Under the pieces are notes generated by a model. That model had not been told where the DNA came from. It did not search any database and saw nothing but the letters and a program-made list of their open reading frames with translations. Shown piece by piece: positions 46,536 through 64,000 of a stretch of DNA of 64,000 nucleotides. Source of the DNA: a virus (taxonomy: Duplodnaviria; Heunggongvirae; Uroviricota; Caudoviricetes); IMG/VR virus record IMGVR_UViG_3300027808_000015. One strand, 5' to 3'. A program made the position numbers and the translations under genes. The number at the start of each line of letters is the position of its first letter. Within the stretch, counting starts at the first letter, position 1.

Positions 46536-46554
46536 AAGGGCACAAGGCCCTTTT
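46534..46554. terminator. bidirectional rho-independent terminator
   Basis: AAAA-GGGC-ACAAG-GCCC-TTTT between convergent genes. Confidence 0.55.
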
Positions 46555-46555
46555 A

Positions 46556-46762
46556 TTATTTTGCCGCTTTTGGAGTACGTGGCTTTTTAACCGCCGGTGA
46601 TTTCTTAGCCGCTGGTTTTTTGGCTGGAGCAATAGATTCAACAACTGCTTGAGTAGCTTGTTCAGCTACCGGTGTAGGCGCAACTGCTTCTACCTTGTAA
46701 GGTACTTCTGCAACTGTTTCTACCGGTTTGCTACCAAATAGGTTTTTAATAAAATTAATCAT
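46556..46762 (-). CDS. lysine/alanine/proline-rich histone-H1/AlgP-like small basic protein
   Basis: 68 aa. C-terminal PAKKPAAKKSPAVKKPRTPKAAK. Confidence 0.45.
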   Translation of the reverse strand: MINFIKNLFGSKPVETVAEVPYKVEAVAPTPVAEQATQAVVESIAPAKKPAAKKSPAVKKPRTPKAAK

Positions 46763-46814
46763 GAATGATCTCCTTGTAGATTATTTATAATTAAATATAC
46801 TACTATATTATATT

Positions 46815-47768
46815 ATGACAAAAAATACCATTCCCTTAGTCGTTGTTAGTTGTTTGCGAGATATGCCAATGCTTGCATTGCAAGCTCATAGTATGCATCT
46901 GTACTATCAAGATTGGCTTCCAGAAGATCAAAGATTTGCTGATATTTTTATCATCGTGAATGAAGATACCGAAACTGATCAAAAAGAATGGCTAAAACAG
47001 TATCAAGGTATTGTGCAGGAATGGCACAGATGTTTTAATATAAAAATACTGTATAAGCACGAATTCCAAGCAAGTTGGCATTCATGGATACCTAGCAATA
47101 AAAATCCATGGGCTGTGGGCTGGGAAACCCAACAAATTTTAAAATTTGCCATTGCTGATTTTATTGATGCTCCTGGTTACTTAGTATTGGATAGCCAAAA
47201 CTTTTTAGTCAGTTCTTGGTCAACCGATGTTTATCTATCTAAAGACGGACGCTTACCTTATAGGCCGGCTGAATTTAATATGCCTATATCAATTTGGAAA
47301 GAGTATTGTAATGAGTTAAACTTGTCTGTAGAGCCTAATGATAAAACTTTGAATATTTGTACTCCTATATTTTTTAATACAGAGCTTGTTAAGTCCTTAC
47401 TACACACTAAATCTAGTTTATATGAGTTTGCTGAATGGTTTAAATCAGCATCAAAAATAAAAAGTGAATTTACTCTTTATCATCTATGGGCTGAAAAAAC
47501 TGGAGGCCTTTTAAAATACCATTACGAAGCACCAAGTTGGGGTGGGTATATGCTAAGAGATAATCCAAACTTTGAAGCAGAATTCGATATGTTTATGAGT
47601 AAGATTAGACATTTACCAAGGCAAGCATGGGTATCTATAAATCATAGAGCTTGGGGTGATATGACTGATAACCAATATGAAATCCTAAAAACTAAACTTG
47701 ACTCTATGTTTATGTATGGTGGACACTTTGACGATTACCGCAAAAATTATGTACACATTGTTTTCTAA
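46815..47768 (+). CDS. hypothetical protein
   Basis: 317-aa ORF. Confidence 0.5.
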   Translation: MTKNTIPLVVVSCLRDMPMLALQAHSMHLYYQDWLPEDQRFADIFIIVNEDTETDQKEWLKQYQGIVQEWHRCFNIKILYKHEFQASWHSWIPSNKNPWAVGWETQQILKFAIADFIDAPGYLVLDSQNFLVSSWSTDVYLSKDGRLPYRPAEFNMPISIWKEYCNELNLSVEPNDKTLNICTPIFFNTELVKSLLHTKSSLYEFAEWFKSASKIKSEFTLYHLWAEKTGGLLKYHYEAPSWGGYMLRDNPNFEAEFDMFMSKIRHLPRQAWVSINHRAWGDMTDNQYEILKTKLDSMFMYGGHFDDYRKNYVHIVF

Positions 47769-47780
47769 ATAAATATAGAT

Positions 47781-48347
47781 ATGTACAATTTTATTAGATA
47801 TGTCAGCTTGAACGAGGGTAAAACACCCAAGACATTGGTTCACACCAAGTTACCCTATGCTAGGGATGATTTAGAACCTAGCATGAGTGAAAATACCATA
47901 GACTATCACTATGCCGAGCTGTATGGCGGGTATGTAAAACGCTTTAACAAAGGTGAAGGTGATGCTGACTTTAATGAAGCGGGTGCATTTTTACACAACA
48001 TTTGGTTCACACAGTTTCAAAAACCCACAACCTCAAACGAACCTGATGGGTCAGCTGGCGAATTTATAAACAAACACTTTAAAACTTTTGACAAGTTTAA
48101 GGATGCATTTGCCAAAGAAGCCATGGCTATACAAGGCAGTGGTTGGGCATACCTAGCACGTAACGGCACAATTAAAACTATCAAAAATCACGAAATCAAA
48201 CAGGATATTGTGTTGCTAGTAGACTGGTGGGAACATGCATGGGCATTGGATTATCAAGCAGATAAAAAAAGCTATCTGGCTAATCAATGGAAAATTATCA
48301 ACTGGAATGTAATTAGTTCTCGAACCCAGCCAGTTTCTTTAACCTAG
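47781..48347 (+). CDS. Fe/Mn superoxide dismutase family protein (divergent)
   Basis: 188 aa. N-terminal LPYARDDLEPSMSENTIDYHY... aligns with the SodB N-terminus ([25 protein letters not shown]), and the C-terminal DWWEHAWALDYQADKKSYLANQWKIINWNV aligns with [30 protein letters not shown]. It lacks the KHH pair, and the VWNH block reads FLHN. Confidence 0.65.
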   Translation: MYNFIRYVSLNEGKTPKTLVHTKLPYARDDLEPSMSENTIDYHYAELYGGYVKRFNKGEGDADFNEAGAFLHNIWFTQFQKPTTSNEPDGSAGEFINKHFKTFDKFKDAFAKEAMAIQGSGWAYLARNGTIKTIKNHEIKQDIVLLVDWWEHAWALDYQADKKSYLANQWKIINWNVISSRTQPVSLT

Positions 48348-49539
48348 ATAGCCAATCACTGTTATTATCGCCGCTGCCAGCGGCGATCTTGTCTAAGGTA
48401 TCCCCTTTTTTCACAACGTAAGTAGATCCATTAGGTAGTTTAATTTTTTGCCCTGGATATATAACATTAATATCCTTAATCTCAGGATTCAATTGTTTTA
48501 GTTTCTGAGCGCCTGCACTACCTTTATAGCCTGAAAGATTACCGTTAACTTTCGGTAGTTGAGTAGGAGTTGGGGTAACTGCTGGTGGTTTAGGCGCTGG
48601 TGGTTTAGGCGCCGGTGTAATCGCTGATTTTACATTATCAATACCTTGACTTGCCGCGGCACTAACTTTATCAACGATGCCTTTAATTGTTGGTGTTGTG
48701 CCAACTGCAACAGCACCCGTTGGCCCTGGCACAATTTTTATAACCTCATCCTTTGGAGTCATCTTGTCAACTTCGTTGCGTAGGGCCGCAAGACCGCCGG
48801 GAGTGACTTTCATGCTCATCACATATGATTTTGCGGCTTGCTCTACAATTTTATAATCTCTACGATATTTGTAATATTCTTCTTTTGATCTAAAAAAACT
48901 ATCTTTATCTGGACCAATGGCATTTCCGGTGGTGCCCATTGACACAGCATATATCATGAGATGTTCGTAGGAATCTCGGAACTCCCTAGTGTTATGCATT
49001 ATGCGGGTGCTCACCATATTATCTCGAAGCGGTTGGGGTATCTTACTCATAATTTCAGGAGTTTCCCAAAGGATTCGAAACCCACGATGCCTGGCTTCAT
49101 GTGCCAATGTGTCCAGGGCATCTGTTCTACGAGCATCAAAGGCTGGATCAAAATTCTTATGACTTACAGCAATGTCATAATCTTTTCTAATTGCCGTTCT
49201 TTCCTGTGCTCTTCCATCAAAGTCTGGCTTATTGGGATAGTCTCGAACATCAATATGGTTAGGATCCAGGTACATACCAGAAACTGGACCGAGTACATCA
49301 ACTCCAGCGGCGTTTAGCACAACAATTCTTGCAGGACTTTGTAATCGTATATCTATTGGTCGGCTTCTTGGGCTAGGATCTCCCATCAGTCCCAAAAACA
49401 CTATGGCATCTACACCTTGATATCCCCGTAGTTCTTCCTGGGCCATGGCCAGTGCAGTCATGCCTGCTCTGAATTTCTCCCAATCTATGTTAGCAGCTTG
49501 GCCATAATTTTCTTCGGATATGATTTCTTTAATTCTCAT
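48313..49539 (-). CDS. LysM-domain protein with Pro-rich linker
   Basis: 408 aa. The C-terminus holds INVIYPGQKIKLP (end of a LysM) and YVVKKGDTLDKIAAG (start of a LysM), preceded by a PAPKPPAPKPPAVTPTPTQLP linker. The N-terminal ~280 aa are unassigned. Its 3' end overlaps the SOD-like gene by about 35 nt. Confidence 0.45.
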   Translation of the reverse strand: MRIKEIISEENYGQAANIDWEKFRAGMTALAMAQEELRGYQGVDAIVFLGLMGDPSPRSRPIDIRLQSPARIVVLNAAGVDVLGPVSGMYLDPNHIDVRDYPNKPDFDGRAQERTAIRKDYDIAVSHKNFDPAFDARRTDALDTLAHEARHRGFRILWETPEIMSKIPQPLRDNMVSTRIMHNTREFRDSYEHLMIYAVSMGTTGNAIGPDKDSFFRSKEEYYKYRRDYKIVEQAAKSYVMSMKVTPGGLAALRNEVDKMTPKDEVIKIVPGPTGAVAVGTTPTIKGIVDKVSAAASQGIDNVKSAITPAPKPPAPKPPAVTPTPTQLPKVNGNLSGYKGSAGAQKLKQLNPEIKDINVIYPGQKIKLPNGSTYVVKKGDTLDKIAAGSGDNNSDWLSRLKKLAGFEN

Positions 49540-49551
49540 ATAGTATTTATT

Positions 49552-49839
49552 TTAGAGTTGGTCTATTGTCTTAAGACTACTAACAGGCATATCCCAAACT
49601 TTTCTAGCTTCAACGCCTTTGCTCTGGGCAAATTTCTTAACGTCACAATCACCGCAACAATGATAGACATTGTTGTTTAATCGCTTAGGGTCCATGTTGC
49701 CCTTGTCACGCTTAAACACTCCCTGACAGCAATCACATCGAAATATCAATACCGTCTTTTTACGCATATAGGCGTGTGTTGTGCCGTATTTGCTGTTACG
49801 ATAGTGCGGTGTATTAACAAATTCTGTTCCAATATACAT
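49552..49839 (-). CDS. Cys-rich zinc-ribbon protein
   Basis: 95 aa. CDCCQG...CCGDCD. Confidence 0.4.
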   Translation of the reverse strand: MYIGTEFVNTPHYRNSKYGTTHAYMRKKTVLIFRCDCCQGVFKRDKGNMDPKRLNNNVYHCCGDCDVKKFAQSKGVEARKVWDMPVSSLKTIDQL

Positions 49840-49865
49840 AACTGTATTTACATTAAGATTATAAA

Positions 49866-50222
49866 ATGGTATTGATAAATATCATATCGAGGGCAATCAT
49901 GATCACTATATCCGAGTCAGCAAAAACAAAAATCAAGGACCTACTCTATGAAGAGGGTAATCCTAACCTAGCATTACGTACTTTTGTACAGGGAGGAGGT
50001 TGTAGCGGTTTTAGCTATGGCTTCACCTTTGATGAAGTAACAAACGAGGATGATTTTGAAGTTCCTCTAGATGAATTTAAGTTACTTGTAGATGCAATGA
50101 GTATGCAATATCTGCAGGGTGCAGAAATAGACTATAAAGAAGAACTTGCAGGCAGTTCTTTCACAATCACAAATCCCAACGCAAAATCAACATGCGGTTG
50201 CGGTTCTAGCTTCGGAGTTTAA
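49866..50222 (+). CDS. A-type iron-sulfur cluster carrier (IscA/ErpA/HesB family)
   Basis: 118 aa. [14 protein letters not shown] and a C-terminal CGCGSSF supply the three conserved Cys of the HesB/IscA family. Confidence 0.8.
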   Translation: MVLINIISRAIMITISESAKTKIKDLLYEEGNPNLALRTFVQGGGCSGFSYGFTFDEVTNEDDFEVPLDEFKLLVDAMSMQYLQGAEIDYKEELAGSSFTITNPNAKSTCGCGSSFGV

Positions 50223-50227
50223 AATAA

Positions 50228-62046
<11,819 letters not shown>

Positions 62047-62047
<1 letters not shown>

Positions 62048-62250
62048 TGTCTAAACAAACTATATTCCTTGGCCAGACAGCAAATGACCGCACAGGTGAT
62101 CCGTTACGTGTTGCGTTTGATAAAGTTAATCAAAATTTCACTGAAATCTATACATTAGATTCTGCTAAGATTTCTCTAGCATCTCTTAAAACTGTGGCGG
62201 CAGCATCGACAGATTTTGCAGACTTCAAAACTAGAATTGCAGCCCTATAA
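62047..62250 (+). CDS. small protein sharing the giant fibre N-terminal domain
   Basis: The 67-aa sequence MSKQTIFLGQTANDRTGDPLRVAFDKVNQNFTEIYTLDS matches the first 40 aa of the 3939-aa protein (MSKQxI..G...ND.TGD..R..F.KVN.NF.EIY). Its ATG overlaps the stop of the giant gene. Confidence 0.5.
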
Positions 62251-62270
62251 CGTTTTAAGGACTATTAAAA

Positions 62271-63674
62271 ATGGCAACGCAAATAAAATTAAGAAGAGAT
62301 ACTGCCGCAAACTGGCTACTGGAAGATCCAGTATTAGGAACAGGCGAGCCGGGATTTGAATTAACCACTGGTAAGTTAAAGATCGGTGACGGCACTAGTC
62401 TTTGGTCAGCATTAGATTACATTGTAGCTGAACCGGATGGCAGTATTGATCTTGGCGCAGTTGATAAAAACTTACTACCAGCTACTGATAATACTTACGA
62501 TTTAGGTAGTCCGGCAAAACGTTGGCGACATCTATTTGCGACAGGTAGTAGCGTGTATATTGGTGATATTAAATTATCTAACTCATCAGGTACACTGGTT
62601 GTACAACAAGTTACCAACGCTGGACTAATTAACGAAGCTCCTGTTGCTGGGCCCGGAACAGTTACTACAGATAGAATTAGCAACGGCATACATTCATTTA
62701 GCATTAACGCAAGTGGCGTATTACAATTAGATGGTGCGCCGTACTTAGGTGGCGATACTGCATTACCAACAAATACATTAGGTTACTTGTACAACGATGG
62801 TACTGGTACACTTACGTGGGCTAGTGGAGCGGGAGGCGCTGGTGGTGGAACTAGTGATAGATTAACCAACGGAGCCTACGAAGTTATACTTGAAGCAACA
62901 GGCGCATTAACATTCCCTAACGGTGTTCTTAAGATTGCCGGTAATACAATTAGCAATTATGTTGCCGGTGATGATAGCGGCAGCGGAAGTCAACTTGAAG
63001 TGGCTCCGACCAAGACAGTTATCACAAACGGAGTTACTAATAGTCTAGGAGGTAGCCCGTCACTAACAGGTCAATCTCTATTTGAAGTTGGCTCTAACGG
63101 AATTCTCAGCTCCTTCCAAGTTATCAATACATTAGGTGAGGGTGAGTCAACACTGACCAGTGAATACCTAACTGAATTAGACAACAATAGCTTTAAGATC
63201 GGACAAAGAATTACTAATGATCTAGGTGACGGTAGCGAACCTCTTGTAGCATTTAATGGATGGACCTTTGGCATAGAAGAAGACAACATTACTCTGGCAA
63301 TGACATTCCCCAACACAGCCTTACAAAGAGACACTGGCACAGTGACATGTGCGGGCAACGCCAGTACTGTGGTTTACACAGCGTCAGGTCAATATCAACA
63401 CACTATAAGATTATTGATACAGGTTGAAGGTAATGAAGGTGCACCAGTGGGATGGGACACACAAGCATGTGAAATGATCATAGCCAAAAGTTGGAGAGCC
63501 AATGACGTAGCCGCAACAGTGTATGGCATTGTACATACCAGTGTGGCACCGTTGGCAACATTCTCAGCAGAGTGGAACGCACTGACCAGCAGAGTAGAAG
63601 TACTGTGCGCCACGCCCAGTGCCAACTCAGTATACGTTAGAACGTTTGCAACAGAAATTTACACAGCAGATTAA
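62271..63674 (+). CDS. tail-fibre-like structural protein
   Basis: 467 aa. N-terminal MATQIKLRRDTAANWLLEDPVLGTGEPGFELTTGKLKIGDGTSLWSAL is a conserved phage fibre N-terminal motif. The rest is Gly/Thr/Ser-rich. Confidence 0.55.
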   Translation: MATQIKLRRDTAANWLLEDPVLGTGEPGFELTTGKLKIGDGTSLWSALDYIVAEPDGSIDLGAVDKNLLPATDNTYDLGSPAKRWRHLFATGSSVYIGDIKLSNSSGTLVVQQVTNAGLINEAPVAGPGTVTTDRISNGIHSFSINASGVLQLDGAPYLGGDTALPTNTLGYLYNDGTGTLTWASGAGGAGGGTSDRLTNGAYEVILEATGALTFPNGVLKIAGNTISNYVAGDDSGSGSQLEVAPTKTVITNGVTNSLGGSPSLTGQSLFEVGSNGILSSFQVINTLGEGESTLTSEYLTELDNNSFKIGQRITNDLGDGSEPLVAFNGWTFGIEEDNITLAMTFPNTALQRDTGTVTCAGNASTVVYTASGQYQHTIRLLIQVEGNEGAPVGWDTQACEMIIAKSWRANDVAATVYGIVHTSVAPLATFSAEWNALTSRVEVLCATPSANSVYVRTFATEIYTAD

Positions 63675-63687
63675 GGAATAATATAAA

Positions 63688-64000
63688 ATGGCAAACAAAC
63701 CTTTCGCAATACAGGGCGCTGACCTAACACTAGGCGGCGTGAATTTATCAGCAGGTACAACTGGTGTTGTTATTCCTGGCGTTACACAAGCGGTCAACTT
63801 CCGTGTGAAAGAAGTTGATGAGATGCCTAACATTGGAGGTCAAGACCTTGGCAGTGACGAAACTGCTGTTACTGTGATTGACAACGCTGAATACTTGTAT
63901 CTTGTTGATGACGGCGACTCTCCAAGTGCTGATTATGTTGCAGCCACTTACAGTGTTGATGAACTAGACGAACTTGGCAACATTAAAGAAATTGATGTTG
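63688..64000 (+). CDS. structural protein, 5' partial (continues beyond window)
   Basis: An ATG at about 63688 (MANKPFAIQGADLTLGGVNLSAGTTGVVIPG...) with the ORF open to the window end. Confidence 0.4.
   Translation, partial: MANKPFAIQGADLTLGGVNLSAGTTGVVIPGVTQAVNFRVKEVDEMPNIGGQDLGSDETAVTVIDNAEYLYLVDDGDSPSADYVAATYSVDELDELGNIKEIDV

Overview
The window reads as a dense, operon-organised stretch of a large double-stranded DNA phage whose host is a Gram-negative bacterium, not a cellular chromosome. Three kinds of evidence support this. Genes are packed head-to-tail, many with ATGA or TAATG start/stop overlaps. There are at least seven near-perfect E. coli-type sigma-70 promoters (TTGACA or TTGACT, a 16-17 nt spacer, then TATAAT). 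Several products are proteobacterial-style envelope proteins: lipoproteins with a lipobox, an entericidin-like peptide, a YccA/BI-1 protein and an SPFH/band-7 protein. No integrase, transposase, CRISPR array or rRNA gene is visible.

Three regions stand out.

(1) Positions 136-24048 form a ~24 kb strand-alternating island of tightly coupled enzyme genes. It holds nine radical-SAM enzymes with the CxxxCxxC motif, most carrying extra C-terminal cysteine clusters of SPASM/twitch type; a tenth paralog sits at 40033. It also holds about eight 2-oxoglutarate/Fe(II) dioxygenases, including a family of five or six small PhyH-like paralogs with the motif HxD...HxAxNxG. The remaining genes are an amidinotransferase ending GGFHCAT, an aminotransferase-like protein, two tandem short-chain dehydrogenases, a QueC-like PP-loop ATPase, two GDSL-like paralogs and a methyltransferase-like protein. 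There is no intergenic room for a precursor peptide, so it looks like a small-molecule, sugar or nucleobase hypermodification pathway. I cannot assign it to any described pathway.

(2) At 24127-24237 a 111-nt tRNA-like RNA sits 6 nt downstream of a consensus promoter. It has a perfect 7-bp acceptor stem, a canonical T-arm (GGTTCGAATCC) and a 3' CCA. Its middle is about 35 nt too long and contains a cUUCGg hairpin and two palindromes; I could not fold a canonical anticodon arm.

(3) Positions 30967-35846 hold an envelope and proteolysis module. In order: a consensus promoter; a small membrane protein; an entericidin-like lipoprotein; a lipoprotein; a further small membrane protein; an SPFH/band-7 lipoprotein; a YccA/BI-1-family (FtsH-modulator-like) protein; a six-cysteine 46-aa peptide; small membrane proteins; ClpP; and a terminator.

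The rest of the window carries bacterial-type IF-1, a metallophosphoesterase, an ATP-dependent DNA ligase, MazG, a QueD/PTPS-like protein, UvdE, a divergent Fe/Mn superoxide dismutase, an IscA/HesB Fe-S carrier and a LysM protein. It ends with a single uninterrupted 11.8 kb ORF encoding a 3939-aa internally repetitive virion fibre protein, followed by more fibre genes.

I worked from the sequence text without tools, so coordinates of short elements (promoters, terminators, small ORFs) may be off by a few nucleotides.
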